Part shown: positions 1 to 11,752 of the stretch, piece by piece
Layout of the letters: each line of letters opens with the position of its first letter
Position numbering within the stretch: position 1 is the stretch's first letter
NCBI GenBank assembly: GCA_977020255.1
Contig: CDROCS010000253.1
Coordinates: 248,001-312,000, forward strand
Direction: 5' to 3'
From: Obrimoposthia wandeli
Taxonomy: Eukaryota
Length of the DNA stretch: 64,000 nt
The notes under the pieces: generated by a model
The model's input: only the letters and a program-made list of their open reading frames with translations
What the model was told of the DNA's origin: nothing
The model's database searches: none
Program-made: the position numbers and the translations under genes

Positions 1-1018
1 TCTGTTCAAACATAAGCCTAAGAATCAAGTCTCGGCGCTCTATCGCACGTGCTGGATGACGCCATGGATCGTAGTAACTTGGTCCTTTAACTTGCGCTAT
101 CAATAAAGCCATTTGAGCAGGGCTTAATTCATCAATTTTTTCCCCAAAATAAAACTGCGCAGCTAAACCAAAGCCATAAACACCATTGGCATAATTCTGC
201 CCTAAATAGACTTCATTGATGTAAGCTTCTAATAGCTGGTCTTTACTGTATCTTAACTCCAAAATCAGCGCCATTAGCGCTTCTTTAATTTTTCGAGAAA
301 GGGTCCGTTCTCGCGTAAGAAACATATTCTTTGCTAGCTGTTGAGTTAACGTACTTCCGCCCTGCACCGTTCGTCCTGCGCGGATATTACTGAATAGGGC
401 TCTAAAAATACCAACGGGTGAAACACCATGATGATGATAAAAATCACGGTCTTCAATTAACAATAAGGTATCAATCAATTGGCTAGGCAGTTCTTCTAGC
501 GACACAAGGACACGATCTTCCTTATTATCAGGAACTAAACGTGCCAGTAATTGTGGTTCAAGCATCAATGTGGCAACAGCTTGCTCATCAACAGTCAAAG
601 AAACAACAATATTGCTAACGACCTCAATACTGAGTTGCTGTGCGTAGTTAGCACCATTAGCAAAATCGAAAGCACGTTGGAAAATATGCAAACGTTCTGC
701 CGACTGTGCAAATTGCCCTGCTCGGGTGACAAAGTTAACTTTTCGATAACCATTGATTTTTAGTGATTGGGCGATCTCTTCCAGATTCTCCTGTTCACCT
801 AGCTGCAATTTTTTTATTTGACCGTAAACTTGTACCGGCACTTGCCAACGCTGTCCTTCAAATTTTTTTCTTACCTTCGCATCAAGATAAATAGAATAAA
901 TACCTAACGTAAATAGCATGGCAATCATTAGTTTGCCTAAGGTGATCGCTATTCGACGTAATATTGATTTTTCTTTATTCACTGGCGCACTGCGTTTTGT
1001 TACTTTATTTTTTGACAT
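1..1018 (-). CDS. mrcB: Penicillin-binding protein 1B, 5' part (runs off the left edge of the window)
   Basis: Not in the ORF track. Manual translation from ATG at 1018 gives MSKNKVTKRS..., a TM segment, KFEGQRWQVPVQVY and the transglycosylase motif QGGSTLTQQLAKN. It lies downstream of hrpB as in other gammaproteobacteria. Confidence 0.93.
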   Translation of the reverse strand, partial: MSKNKVTKRSAPVNKEKSILRRIAITLGKLMIAMLFTLGIYSIYLDAKVRKKFEGQRWQVPVQVYGQIKKLQLGEQENLEEIAQSLKINGYRKVNFVTRAGQFAQSAERLHIFQRAFDFANGANYAQQLSIEVVSNIVVSLTVDEQAVATLMLEPQLLARLVPDNKEDRVLVSLEELPSQLIDTLLLIEDRDFYHHHGVSPVGIFRALFSNIRAGRTVQGGSTLTQQLAKNMFLTRERTLSRKIKEALMALILELRYSKDQLLEAYINEVYLGQNYANGVYGFGLAAQFYFGEKIDELSPAQMALLIAQVKGPSYYDPWRHPARAIERRDLILRLMFEQ

Positions 1019-1096
1019 TATTTTTCGATATACTTTGAGGCTATTGATCTTTAATGATTATTTTTTAAGCAGGAAATCAAATACTCCCCGCTCCGG

Positions 1097-3628
1097 TTAC
1101 TCTTTTATATGACGCTTCATTTTATTGGTTGCCTTAGCGTTGACAGGATCATCGGGCCAATAATGCCTAGGATAACGGCTTTTCATGTCCTTTTGCACTG
1201 CTTGATAACTGCCAGACCAAAATTTAACTAAATCTTGTGTTACTTGAATAGGTCGTTGCGCCGGTGAAAGTAACTCTAACAGTAAAGGTACGCCTTGATT
1301 TTGTTCAGTTATACCGACAATAACACCGACATTAGGTGTTATTGTTAGGCCATATAATTCTTGCATCGGCAATGAGACTTTGGGGGATTCATCTTGAGAA
1401 TAGCTAATAGGGCAGTTTCTTCCTGTTGGGCCAACATAAACAGTAGGCGCCGCTTTGCTTAATATTTGTTGTTCTTGGTAGCTCAATAACGATAATAACA
1501 TTGATGATAAATCAAGTTTATCGAGCTGCGCTTTAGTTTTTATACTGCCAACAAACGGAGCAAACCACGTGGTTAGTTTTGCTAATAATAGCGCATCATC
1601 AATAATCGCTAAATGATATTCAGGGAAGTACTTATTTAACCACTGCCAACGAGCTTTTAATGCTAAGTCTTTTGGCTGCCAAGATAAAAAACCCAGCCCT
1701 TTTTTTATCACCAGTTCACACCACATAGCACTAATTGTTTCAGTTGTTACTTCTTGTTTTAATGGCTGTTCTGATAAGACTATTGCACCTAATGATGTTT
1801 GTCTTTTAGCTATTATTCTCCCGCTCTTATGGTCAAAATTGGCTATATCCTGTTGCTTTATTTGCGCAGCAAAAATATCAGTTATTTCTTCCAAGCTGAT
1901 CTGACTAGCTAATCTCACCGTTAACTGGTTACCCAGTTGGCTCGTGTGAGCAATAACAATAAAGTCTTCACTTGCTAAAACATCTTGTTCGTTCACTGAC
2001 GTGCCTTTACCGTTAACGCAAATAAATTCGCCATGATTTCCCCGAGTTTTAGCAACACGTTCTGGGTAAGCATAAGCGAGCAGTACAGCTGTTTTTGCTA
2101 AATCCAGTGAATGTACGCTAAAACGTAATTGTACATTTTGAGCAAGTCGGTTTGCTTGCTGTAAAATCCGTTCAAATAATGGATTTTTATTACTCTTATG
2201 CTGAATAAGTAATTGTAATCGGTGCACTAGGTCACAATCGAATTTCGATTGCTCACCTTTAAAAATATCTCGTTCCTCGAGTAGCGCTGCGATTAAACAA
2301 GCTAAGAGTGTTATGTTTTGGCCTTTAGCTTGTGCCATTAAAATCATATGAGCAAAACGTGGATGGCAAGGCAAGTTAGACGCTTTTTCGCCGTGTTTAG
2401 TAAGTAAATATTTATCATCGACAATAGCTAGACTGTGTAATTCTTGCCAGGCTTGTTGCTCTTTAACTTTACTCGGCAGCTCCAATAAAGGTAAGTCAGC
2501 TAAAGTAGAGACTCCCCATCGAGCGGCTTCAATCAAGGTCGGTAGTAAATCGGCTTGTTGAATATCATTAACACTGTGCAGCGGTCTACGTTCAAAATCA
2601 TCTTTGCCATATAAACGAATACAATGCCCTGGCATTAATCGGCCAGCTCGCCCAGCCCTTTGAACCGCTGAAGCTTTTGATATCTGCTTTTGCATGAGCT
2701 TATTCATCAAACTAGCACTATCAAACACAGCTACTTTTTCAAGCCCGCAATCAATAACCAGATCAATGCCATCAATGGTCAGTGACGTTTCTGCAATATT
2801 TGTCGCTAAAACAATTTTACGGTGACCCTCTGTACAAGGTGCTATTGCCTGTTGTTGCTCTTTAAGACTCAGTTCGCCAAATAAAGGGCAAACTTTCACG
2901 CCCTGCGTTTGTTGGACCATTAAACGTTCAAGTAAAAAGCGAATATCAGCGACACCCGGTAAAAAAACTAAGATTGATCCTGTATGATCCAACATTTTAT
3001 CTTTGATCACCGTCAACGCATGTTCACGCCAACGTTGATGCCCCCTAGGTGCTTGATAACTCACTTCTATGGGATAACTTCGCCCTTCACTATTCAATAT
3101 ATGAGCATCGGGCAATGCTTGGCTTAAATACTCAATATCTAGCGTTGCTGACATAAGCAGTATTTTTAAATCATCGCGCAACTCTGTTTGCACTTCACGG
3201 GTAAGCGCAAACGCTAAATCGCCCTGTAAACTTCGTTCATGGAATTCATCAAAAACAACCAATGCGGTATCTAATAGCTCGGCATCTTTTTGGATAATCT
3301 GCGTTAATATGCCTTCAGTAATGACTTCAAGGCGTGTCTTCGCTGACGTTTTACTGTCGTTACGTAATCGATAACCAACAGTCTCACCTACCTTCTCACG
3401 CAATTGTGTGGCCAAAAATGTCGCTATATTTTTAACGGCCAAACGTCTTGGTTGCAGCAAATATATTTTTTTATTAGCCAAACTTGGTAACGTTAATAGC
3501 CATAAGGGTAAACATGTTGATTTACCCGCTCCAGGTGGAGCCGATAATATCAGGGTATTTTGCTCATCAAGGGCTTGGCAAAATTGTTGTTTAATGTCTT
3601 CTATAGGTAAAGAAGTAGTCACGGCCAT
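1097..3628 (-). CDS. hrpB: ATP-dependent RNA helicase HrpB
   Basis: GAGKST Walker A, DEFH box, SAT motif, QRAGRAGR, C-terminal YPRHYWPDDP typical of HrpB. Confidence 0.95.
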   Translation of the reverse strand: MAVTTSLPIEDIKQQFCQALDEQNTLILSAPPGAGKSTCLPLWLLTLPSLANKKIYLLQPRRLAVKNIATFLATQLREKVGETVGYRLRNDSKTSAKTRLEVITEGILTQIIQKDAELLDTALVVFDEFHERSLQGDLAFALTREVQTELRDDLKILLMSATLDIEYLSQALPDAHILNSEGRSYPIEVSYQAPRGHQRWREHALTVIKDKMLDHTGSILVFLPGVADIRFLLERLMVQQTQGVKVCPLFGELSLKEQQQAIAPCTEGHRKIVLATNIAETSLTIDGIDLVIDCGLEKVAVFDSASLMNKLMQKQISKASAVQRAGRAGRLMPGHCIRLYGKDDFERRPLHSVNDIQQADLLPTLIEAARWGVSTLADLPLLELPSKVKEQQAWQELHSLAIVDDKYLLTKHGEKASNLPCHPRFAHMILMAQAKGQNITLLACLIAALLEERDIFKGEQSKFDCDLVHRLQLLIQHKSNKNPLFERILQQANRLAQNVQLRFSVHSLDLAKTAVLLAYAYPERVAKTRGNHGEFICVNGKGTSVNEQDVLASEDFIVIAHTSQLGNQLTVRLASQISLEEITDIFAAQIKQQDIANFDHKSGRIIAKRQTSLGAIVLSEQPLKQEVTTETISAMWCELVIKKGLGFLSWQPKDLALKARWQWLNKYFPEYHLAIIDDALLLAKLTTWFAPFVGSIKTKAQLDKLDLSSMLLSLLSYQEQQILSKAAPTVYVGPTGRNCPISYSQDESPKVSLPMQELYGLTITPNVGVIVGITEQNQGVPLLLELLSPAQRPIQVTQDLVKFWSGSYQAVQKDMKSRYPRHYWPDDPVNAKATNKMKRHIKE

Positions 3629-3937
3629 CGATAAAATAAAGTTATTAATATAGCGGCTATCATAACAATTATTAGTTGTTGGGTATAATCAATTGAGCTT
3701 TTCTATATTCTACCCATCTTCCCTTCTGGTATTTCTTAAATGAAAAACGTTGCTTGGAAATAAGATAAAAACTAGCAATAACAAACACTCCGCTATCAGC
3801 TTAAAAAAAACAATTTAAATACTAAAAAAAAGCGAGTGTAATACTTGCAAATATAAATTTATATGCTTACTTGGAAAGTCATTTAAAGACTGTTATTACT
3901 AAACATTCACCCCTTTATTAATCAGAGAGGAACTAAC

Positions 3938-4369
3938 ATGCAACATTCGACACATGGAAGTTATGTCATTGAACAGCAAAGTAATATTTTATTGGTTGAT
4001 GTACAAGAACCGTTTAATGACGTGACTGCGGAAAAATACCACCAAGAAATAAAGCAGCTAACAGAAAAAATGAGTGGTGAACCATGGGGATCATTAATTA
4101 CCTTTCATGGCAATAGTATTTTTACCCCAGATGCCGAACAAAAATTAAGAGAAACAACTCAATATAGACAGAAAAAAGGCATGATCGCTATTGCTGTGGT
4201 TATTTTAAATAGCGCCTATGCAGATATGCAACAAATGCAATTACAGCGTATTTACCACGACTGCCAAATAGAGTTCCATGTTTTTAGTGATAGCGAAAAT
4301 GCTAGCGATTGGCTCAATGGCTTTATTGAGCAAGCAAACTTATTAAAAAATAAACAACGAAAGGCATAA
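3938..4369 (+). CDS. Hypothetical protein, probably STAS/SEC14 (SpoIIAA-like) fold
   Basis: 143-aa ORF with SD-like GAGG; C-terminal FSDSENASDWL pattern resembles SpoIIAA-like small proteins; family assignment is tentative. Confidence 0.6.
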   Translation: MQHSTHGSYVIEQQSNILLVDVQEPFNDVTAEKYHQEIKQLTEKMSGEPWGSLITFHGNSIFTPDAEQKLRETTQYRQKKGMIAIAVVILNSAYADMQQMQLQRIYHDCQIEFHVFSDSENASDWLNGFIEQANLLKNKQRKA

Positions 4370-4444
4370 TTTGTTAATTACCATGACAATGCCAACAAAA
4401 AACTACATGATGAAGATCTACCAACTTAATTAGCTCATTTTAAT

Positions 4445-5158
4445 ATGATACTTCAAGTACGACCCGCCAAATTAATTAAGCGCTATAAACGCTTTCTAGC
4501 CGATATTGAACTTAATAGTGGTGAGGAAACAACTATACATTGTGCTAACACAGGTGCAATGAAAGGTTGTGCGGAGCCTGATGACACCATTTGGTATAGC
4601 ACGTCAACCAACACTAAGCGAAAATACCCTTTTAGTTGGGAAATCACCCAAAGCCAAGATGATCACTTTATTTGTGTAAACACCTTGCGCGCCAACCAAT
4701 TGGTCGAGGAGGCATTACACCAAGGTTTGATCAGTGAATTATCTGACTTCAATGAATTAAAACGAGAAGTAAAATATGGTAATGAAAACAGTCGAGTTGA
4801 TTTTTTAGCAACTTATAATAATGCTCCTAATACATATATTGAAGTCAAATCAGTCACTTTATTAGAAAATGGTCATGGCTATTTCCCTGATGCTGCTACC
4901 ACGCGTGGCCAAAAACACTTACGTGAATTAATGGACATGGTCGCACAGGGACATAGGGCTGTATTATTATTTGCCGTTTTACATACTGGCATTAATGCTA
5001 TTTCTGCCGCGAGTCATATTGACCCAACTTATGCTAAATTACTTAAAGAGGCCAATGCTGCTGGCGTTGAGATAATCGCCTATAAAGCCTTTTTTTCACT
5101 AAAACGTGGAGATCTTGATTTTAATTTATCTGAAAAAATTCCCTTTATTGAACGATAA
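4445..5158 (+). CDS. sfsA: DNA/RNA nuclease SfsA
   Basis: [36 protein letters not shown] motifs. Confidence 0.95.
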   Translation: MILQVRPAKLIKRYKRFLADIELNSGEETTIHCANTGAMKGCAEPDDTIWYSTSTNTKRKYPFSWEITQSQDDHFICVNTLRANQLVEEALHQGLISELSDFNELKREVKYGNENSRVDFLATYNNAPNTYIEVKSVTLLENGHGYFPDAATTRGQKHLRELMDMVAQGHRAVLLFAVLHTGINAISAASHIDPTYAKLLKEANAAGVEIIAYKAFFSLKRGDLDFNLSEKIPFIER

Positions 5159-5431
5159 AGATTGACTAGTCCTAGTAAAACTTGCTAAAAGAGCTTGCTC
5201 AAAATTTTTAAATAATAGAATCAAAATTACCATTACCATTAACTAGTTGATAAGATTAGATAAAATATTTATTTTAACTAATTAGTTGATTTTTATCATG
5301 AGCGACACAATATAGTCCTGATTAATCGGGTCATATATACAATATTGGTACTTACAACAAAGGCACCATATCACGTAAAACGTGGTATATTAGTAAATTG
5401 CCTTGGTCTATGTAGCATTTGGAGAATAAGC

Positions 5432-5878
5432 ATGCCAAAAAGTAAACACAAGCCATTAGGTATCCTTGCCTTAGCAGGCGTTGCGCCATATCAAGAAAAA
5501 GCTGGCGAAGAGTACATGGAAGAGCCTCAGCAAGAGCATTTTAAGAAAATTTTAGATGCTTGGCGCTTACAATTACGTGAAGAAGTTGATCGTACCGTAT
5601 CGCATATGCAAGACGAAGCAGCAAACTTTCCAGATCCTGTGGATAGAGCGGCTCAAGAAGAAGAGTTTAGTCTTGAATTACGTACACGAGACCGTGAACG
5701 TAAACTTATCAAGAAGATTGAAAAGACCTTACAGTTAATTGAAGATGACGATTTTGGTTTTTGTAAGTCTTGCGGTATAGAAATTGGTATTCGTCGTTTA
5801 GAAGCTCGTCCTACTGCAGATCTTTGTATCGAATGTAAAACGTTAGCTGAAATTAAAGAACGTCAAATGGCTGGCTAA
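5432..5878 (+). CDS. dksA: RNA polymerase-binding transcription factor DksA
   Basis: FPDPVDRA coiled-coil tip and CKSC/CIEC zinc finger. Start moved to ATG 5432, which follows the SD GGAG. Confidence 0.96.
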   Translation: MPKSKHKPLGILALAGVAPYQEKAGEEYMEEPQQEHFKKILDAWRLQLREEVDRTVSHMQDEAANFPDPVDRAAQEEEFSLELRTRDRERKLIKKIEKTLQLIEDDDFGFCKSCGIEIGIRRLEARPTADLCIECKTLAEIKERQMAG

Positions 5879-5904
5879 CTTTTAGCTAACCTTAACTAGC
5901 TCTA

Positions 5905-6885
5905 GTGAACGTAGACATAGTTAACATGCAAAATTTGCATACCTTCGCATACAATAAGCGACCACTGGAGCCTAAGCAGGCTTCTCAATATCGTGGTCGC
6001 TTTGCTCCATCCCCTTCTGGTTTACTCCACTTTGGTTCACTTATCGCTGCTTTGGCGAGTTTTCTTGATGCAAAATCATTTGTTAATGATCGCGACGAGC
6101 AAGGAAAGTGGCTAATTCGCATTGAAGATATTGATCCACCTCGTGAGCAAAAATACGCCAGCGCAGCAATATTAACAACGCTTGAAGCTTTTGGGCTACA
6201 CTGGGATGAAACCCCGCTCTATCAGAGTACTCAATCTCAATACTACCGTGATATTTTATCAACCCTAGCATTACAAAAGCGAAGCTATTACTGTCAATGT
6301 ACTCGCGCTCAAATCAAGGCCAGCGGCGGCATATATCAAGGGCATTGCCGTACCGCTAATTATCAACCACAAGAGAACGCGACCAGAATTATTAATCAAT
6401 ACGGTTTGCATCAATTTAATGACATCTTTCAAGGTCACGTGGTTTGTGACAAAGCATTAGCTGATGAAGATTTTATTATTCACCGTAAAGATGGTCTATT
6501 TGCGTACCAGCTTGCGGTAGTCGCTGATGATATTGATCAGGGCATTACCCATGTTGTCAGAGGCTGTGACTTACTCGAACCCACAGCCAGACAGTTGACT
6601 CTTTTTCAAACATTAAATAATAGTCTTTTGCAATGCACAACACCACAATACGGTCATATTCCTTTAGCAATAACGAGTGAAGGTTACAAGCTTAGCAAGC
6701 AAAATAAAGCGCCCGCAATTAATAACAATAGACCACAGCCAGCACTTATTGCCGCGCTAAAGTTTTTAGGCCAAACACCTTTGCCTGAGTTAACTGGTGC
6801 TAGCGTTGAAGAAATAATTCAATGGGCAATAAAAAATTGGCAACGAAGTAATGTGCCTAAAGCTGTTGAAATAAATATTGATTAG
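5905..6885 (+). CDS. gluQ: Glutamyl-Q tRNA(Asp) synthetase
   Basis: RFAPSPSG-LHFGS, RIEDID, KLSKQ; short GluRS paralog downstream of dksA. Confidence 0.92.
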   Translation: MNVDIVNMQNLHTFAYNKRPLEPKQASQYRGRFAPSPSGLLHFGSLIAALASFLDAKSFVNDRDEQGKWLIRIEDIDPPREQKYASAAILTTLEAFGLHWDETPLYQSTQSQYYRDILSTLALQKRSYYCQCTRAQIKASGGIYQGHCRTANYQPQENATRIINQYGLHQFNDIFQGHVVCDKALADEDFIIHRKDGLFAYQLAVVADDIDQGITHVVRGCDLLEPTARQLTLFQTLNNSLLQCTTPQYGHIPLAITSEGYKLSKQNKAPAINNNRPQPALIAALKFLGQTPLPELTGASVEEIIQWAIKNWQRSNVPKAVEINID

Positions 6886-6948
6886 TCTGATAAAAAATAG
6901 TTTTTAAGCACTATTCATTTTAAAATATAGGTTAATAAAGGAAATATT

Positions 6949-7641
6949 ATGTCTACTAAAACACCCAATACTATTGTAATTACTGGCGCCAATCGTGGTA
7001 TCGGTTATGCCATGGCTCAAATCTGTCAACAACGTGGTGATATCGTCTATGCACTCTGTCGTCAAAGCTCTAAGGAATTAGATATGCTTGGCGTCAATAT
7101 AGTAGAGCAAATAGATGTTGCTACTCAAGCAGGTATCGAGAAAGCGGTATCTGCCCTTAACGGAATCAGCATTGATTTATTGATTAACAATGCTGGAATT
7201 TTGCGTGATGAACAACTAAGCGACTTAAACAAAGACACCATTATTGAGCAATTTAATGTCAATGCACTTGCACCACTCTGTTTAAGCCACGCTTTACTAG
7301 CGAACTTATCTTCAGGTAGCAAAATTGGCTTAATTACCTCTAGAATGGGCTCTGTCACCGACAATACTTCAGGAGGCAGATATGGGTACCGCATGTCGAA
7401 GGCTGCACTTAATATCGCAGCAGTATCATTGGCAAGAGATCTCAGCGATGAAAATATAGCAGTCGGTATTTATCACCCTGGTTATGTGCAAACCGAGATG
7501 GTAAATAGCGATGGCGTATTAAGTAACGGTGACATCAGCGCAAACGTAGCAGCAGAGCGCCTAATCGCCTTAATGGATAACTTAACCATAGCAGATTCAG
7601 GCGTGTTTAAGCACTCAAATGGTGAAACATTACCCTGGTAA
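6949..7641 (+). CDS. Short-chain dehydrogenase/reductase (CsgA/C-factor-like)
   Basis: TGANRGIG, NNAG, YRMSK catalytic motif, HPGYVQTEM. Confidence 0.9.
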   Translation: MSTKTPNTIVITGANRGIGYAMAQICQQRGDIVYALCRQSSKELDMLGVNIVEQIDVATQAGIEKAVSALNGISIDLLINNAGILRDEQLSDLNKDTIIEQFNVNALAPLCLSHALLANLSSGSKIGLITSRMGSVTDNTSGGRYGYRMSKAALNIAAVSLARDLSDENIAVGIYHPGYVQTEMVNSDGVLSNGDISANVAAERLIALMDNLTIADSGVFKHSNGETLPW

Positions 7642-7812
7642 TGTTGGTCTAGATAAATCAGTTTAGATGAAGAAAAGTGGGTTTTGCTTCTTATGCTTCT
7701 TTTTCTATCCTTTGTTTGCTGCTTTTTCATGCTATTTACCATGACTGTTATTCTCTTTTGCCCTGCACTGTTATATCATTGCGCCACTATTTTATGTCTG
7801 TATTAAAGGCCT

Positions 7813-9288
7813 GTGATTATCAAAAGCGTTATTAATTTATGCAAAAAAGTTTTCTCCAAAAAAGTGAGTAAAACTATCGCCAAAACGATCCCTAAAAAGG
7901 ATGCCAAGAAAAGCGCCCGTAGCAACACTGATGTTGCCACTGCATCCTTTGATAATCCATTGGTCTTCTCACGAGATAAGCATCCAGTTTCGCGCAAATT
8001 AATGAGCCCAAATGCACTTAAAGTATTATACCGCTTAAATAAAGGGGGTTTTGATGCCTATCTTGTTGGTGGCGGCGTTCGTGATATTTTATTAGGTTTT
8101 GAACCTAAAGATTTTGATATTGCCACCAATGCGACACCTGATGAAATTAAAGAACTGTTTAGAAATTGTCGCTTAATCGGTCGACGCTTTCGTTTAGCAC
8201 ACATTGTTTTTGGTCGAGAAATAATAGAGGTGGCAACTTTTAGAGGCCATCATGACAATGCTTCTGACCAAGAAAAAAGCTGTAAGAAAACCTCTAAGCA
8301 AAGCGAAGATGGCATGTTATTGCGTGACAACATCTATGGCACTATAGAGGAAGATGCTGAACGTAGAGACTTTACTATCAATGCACTTTATTATTCAGCT
8401 AAAGACTTTAAAGTATATGATTTTGCCAATGGCGTTCAAGATGTAAACGATAAGGTAATTCGCTTAATTGGAGATCCTGAAACTCGTTACCGTGAAGATC
8501 CCGTACGTATGTTACGAGCAATCCGTTTTGCAACGAAACTTGATATGCAAATAAGTGAAGAGACTAAAGCACCAATTAAAGAACTCTCTTCATTAATGGC
8601 CAATATTCCTGCGGCGCGTTTGTTTGAAGAATTCTTGAAAATGTTTATTGCCGGTAAAGCTGTTGCGAACTTTGAACAACTGCGTAGTTACAACCTCTTT
8701 GGTTATTTCTTTCCTGCTGTTGAGCAAGCACTTAACAATGAATCAGACCAACAACGTTTTTTACTCGACTTTATTACGCTGGCGATGGAAAACACTGACA
8801 AACGAATAAACAATGATCAACGAGTAACACCTGCATTTTTATTTGCTGCCATGCTTTGGTATCCATTACAAAAGCATATTCAACAAATTAAAATTACGAC
8901 TCAACTGACTCCACAAGATATATTCTTTGCAGCCCTAAATGAAATCATGCCAGAGCAGCAACGCAGTATTGCTATCCCTAAACGTTTCCAATCAGTCATT
9001 AAAGATATTTGGATCCTGCAAGAGAAGTTAGATCGCCGCGAAGGAAAGCGCGCGTTTAAAACGTTAGAGCATCCTAAGTTTAGAGCGGGTTACGACTTCT
9101 TGTTATTACGCGCACAAATAGAAGCGACACCTGAACTCAATGAATTAGCACACTGGTGGACAGATTTTCAAGAAGTATCAAATGATGCCAAAATTCAAAT
9201 GATCAAAGGTGTAAACGTGCCACAAGGCTCAAAGCGACGCTCTCCAAAGAAACGTCGTAAGCCTGCTGCAAAGCCAACTGAATTGTAA
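7813..9288 (+). CDS. pcnB: Poly(A) polymerase I
   Basis: LVGGGVRD, DFDIAT, GRRFRLAH, RRDFTINAL, EDPVRMLRA; GTG start. Confidence 0.95.
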   Translation: MIIKSVINLCKKVFSKKVSKTIAKTIPKKDAKKSARSNTDVATASFDNPLVFSRDKHPVSRKLMSPNALKVLYRLNKGGFDAYLVGGGVRDILLGFEPKDFDIATNATPDEIKELFRNCRLIGRRFRLAHIVFGREIIEVATFRGHHDNASDQEKSCKKTSKQSEDGMLLRDNIYGTIEEDAERRDFTINALYYSAKDFKVYDFANGVQDVNDKVIRLIGDPETRYREDPVRMLRAIRFATKLDMQISEETKAPIKELSSLMANIPAARLFEEFLKMFIAGKAVANFEQLRSYNLFGYFFPAVEQALNNESDQQRFLLDFITLAMENTDKRINNDQRVTPAFLFAAMLWYPLQKHIQQIKITTQLTPQDIFFAALNEIMPEQQRSIAIPKRFQSVIKDIWILQEKLDRREGKRAFKTLEHPKFRAGYDFLLLRAQIEATPELNELAHWWTDFQEVSNDAKIQMIKGVNVPQGSKRRSPKKRRKPAAKPTEL

Positions 9289-9298
9289 CGGTAAGCTA

Positions 9299-9799
9299 AT
9301 GCAAAAAAAAGTAACAGCTTACATCGGCTTAGGTAGCAACTTATCAAACCCAAGGGTACAGATAAGTAATGCTGCTAAAGAAATAGCCAATATATCAGCA
9401 AGTCATGTTATTGAATTATCAGCGTTGTACTTGAGTAAACCTATGGGCCCTCAAGATCAAGATGATTACATCAATGCAGTAATTGCCTTAGATACTCGTT
9501 TATCTGCGCTTGAATTATTAGACGCTTTACAAGCCATAGAGAATTCGGCTGGCCGTGTACGAAAAGATAACCGTTGGGGCGCTCGAATTCTTGATTGTGA
9601 TATTTTACTGTACGGTAATGAATCGATAGAAAATGAGCGCTTAACGGTTCCTCATTATGGTCTGAAGGTGCGAGAGTTCGTTTTACTTCCGCTAGCCGAA
9701 ATTGCGCCTTCTTTACATTTACCAGACGGTACCTCAGTCAGCTTACTTGCTAATAAAATAAGCAACAATGGCATAGTAAAATTATCACTATTAACATAA
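9299..9799 (+). CDS. folK: 2-amino-4-hydroxy-6-hydroxymethyldihydropteridine diphosphokinase
   Basis: YIGLGSN, RWGARILDCDILLY, PH motif; pcnB-folK-panB synteny. Confidence 0.95.
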   Translation: MQKKVTAYIGLGSNLSNPRVQISNAAKEIANISASHVIELSALYLSKPMGPQDQDDYINAVIALDTRLSALELLDALQAIENSAGRVRKDNRWGARILDCDILLYGNESIENERLTVPHYGLKVREFVLLPLAEIAPSLHLPDGTSVSLLANKISNNGIVKLSLLT

Positions 9800-9896
9800 T
9801 AAATATTAAATCTATATCCCTTAACACTATAATTCTAAGCACAATAATAATTAACGCTCACAGCTTAATAAGCTAATTAACCTATTCGGAAAAGTT

Positions 9897-10691
9897 ATGG
9901 CTAAAATCACTACTGCAAGCTTGTTTAACATGAAACAACAAGGCGAAAAAATATCAACCATTACCGCCTATGATGCCAGCTTCGCAAAACTATTTGATCA
10001 AGCAGGCATACACGCCATACTTATTGGCGACTCTTTAGGTATGGTATTGCAAGGTCAAGACAGCACATTACCCGTGACTATCGAAGATATGGCTTATCAT
10101 ACGCGTTGCGTAAAACGTGGTGTTGAAGAAACTCTTATTATCGCCGACATGCCTTTTATGAGCTATGCCACTCAAGAGCAAGCTTTAGCAAATGCCGCTC
10201 TGTTAATGCAAGCGGGCGCTAGCATGGTAAAAATGGAAGGTGGCGCTTGGCTTAATGACACCATTTCTGCACTCGTTGAACGCGGTATCCCCGTTTGTGC
10301 TCATTTAGGTTTAACACCGCAATCAGTCAATATTTTTGGCGGTTTTAAAGTACAAGGCCGTGAAGATGATAAAGCTCAACAAATGATCGCAGATGCGAAA
10401 GCACTTGAGGCAGCTGGCGCTCAATTATTAGTACTTGAATGTATTCCTGCAACTTTAGGTGAAGCAATCACTCAAGCGCTTACTATTCCAACTATTGGTA
10501 TAGGTGCAGGTAAAGATACTGACGGTCAAATTTTGGTTATGCACGATGCCTTAGGTATTGCGTGTAATTATATGCCTAAGTTTTCGCGTAATTTCTTAAA
10601 AGATACCGGTGATATTAAAAAAGCCGTTGAGCTTTATATCAGTGAAGTGAGTCAAGGTAACTTCCCCGGTGATGAACATATATTTAAGTAA
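9897..10691 (+). CDS. panB: 3-methyl-2-oxobutanoate hydroxymethyltransferase
   Basis: [28 protein letters not shown]. Confidence 0.96.
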   Translation: MAKITTASLFNMKQQGEKISTITAYDASFAKLFDQAGIHAILIGDSLGMVLQGQDSTLPVTIEDMAYHTRCVKRGVEETLIIADMPFMSYATQEQALANAALLMQAGASMVKMEGGAWLNDTISALVERGIPVCAHLGLTPQSVNIFGGFKVQGREDDKAQQMIADAKALEAAGAQLLVLECIPATLGEAITQALTIPTIGIGAGKDTDGQILVMHDALGIACNYMPKFSRNFLKDTGDIKKAVELYISEVSQGNFPGDEHIFK

Positions 10692-10785
10692 TAATCACAA
10701 AAAAGTGATGCCAATAAATATTCAAAAATACAGCTCTATTAATAAACAACAAGTAAATAACAATAAATAACGGCAAGATAAATTT

Positions 10786-11652
10786 ATGAAAACAGTCAGT
10801 CAGATTAGTGAATTACGTGCGCAAGTAAAAGCATGGCATCAACAAGGTTTAACCGTTGCTTTTGTACCTACTATGGGTAACTTACATGCTGGTCATATTT
10901 CGTTAGTAAATGAAGCATACAAACATGCCGATAAAGTTGTTGCTAGTATCTTTGTCAATCCAATGCAGTTCGGTGTAAATGAGGACATAGCTAATTACCC
11001 GCGTACGATGATTGATGACCAGCAAAAATTGACTAACGCAGGTACCGATTTGCTCTTCACTCCAACACCCGACATGATTTACCCAAAAGGCCTAGCTAAA
11101 CAAAGCTTTGTTGAAGTGCCAAATATCTCTGACGGATATTGTGGCGAAAGTCGCCCTGGCCACTTTCGCGGTGTTGCCACGATTGTCTGTAAACTATTTA
11201 ACCTAGTTCAACCGGACGTGGCTTGTTTTGGCTTAAAGGATTATCAGCAAGTACAAATAATTCAAACGATGGTTGAAGACTTATCTATGCCAATTACCAT
11301 AATTCCAGTAGCTACCACCAGAGAAGAAAGTGGTTTGGCGCTGAGTTCTCGTAATGGTTATTTAACTACTGAAGAAAAAGTTACAGCTCCAGTGTTACAG
11401 CAAAGTTTGCAATGGTTAGCCGGACAAATAAGTACTGGTTATATTCAGAAAGACAGTATTGATTTTATTGGCTTAGCTAAACAAGCAGCTAAAGCAATCA
11501 ATGATGCTGGTTTACACACGGATTACCTACATGTTTGCAACGCACATACATTGCAACCAGCAAGTGAAGATGACTCTCAGTTAGTTATTTTAGCGGCAGC
11601 ACATTGCGGTAAAGCTCGTTTAATCGATAACTTGCAAATAAACCTAGCTTAA
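10786..11652 (+). CDS. panC: Pantoate--beta-alanine ligase
   Basis: [32 protein letters not shown]. Confidence 0.96.
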   Translation: MKTVSQISELRAQVKAWHQQGLTVAFVPTMGNLHAGHISLVNEAYKHADKVVASIFVNPMQFGVNEDIANYPRTMIDDQQKLTNAGTDLLFTPTPDMIYPKGLAKQSFVEVPNISDGYCGESRPGHFRGVATIVCKLFNLVQPDVACFGLKDYQQVQIIQTMVEDLSMPITIIPVATTREESGLALSSRNGYLTTEEKVTAPVLQQSLQWLAGQISTGYIQKDSIDFIGLAKQAAKAINDAGLHTDYLHVCNAHTLQPASEDDSQLVILAAAHCGKARLIDNLQINLA

Positions 11653-11752
11653 CTAACCTTTGTTCAGGATTTCAGTGGACTTACAGACTGCATGATGAAA
11701 CTGTCATGCAGAAATACTAACGCTACTACCAAATACTACCAAGACTAAAAAT

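Noticed and set aside
551-1112. Plus-strand ORFs 551-763 and 918-1112
   Set aside because: Antisense shadows of mrcB, which is open on the minus strand with clear transglycosylase motifs
5345-5431. N-terminal extensions from the ORF track for dksA (also rpsU 38930-39019, yqeY, zapG 45600, pgdx 55761, rpmE 63381-63431)
   Set aside because: Downstream ATGs have SD motifs or match the known N-termini; the extensions are non-homologous
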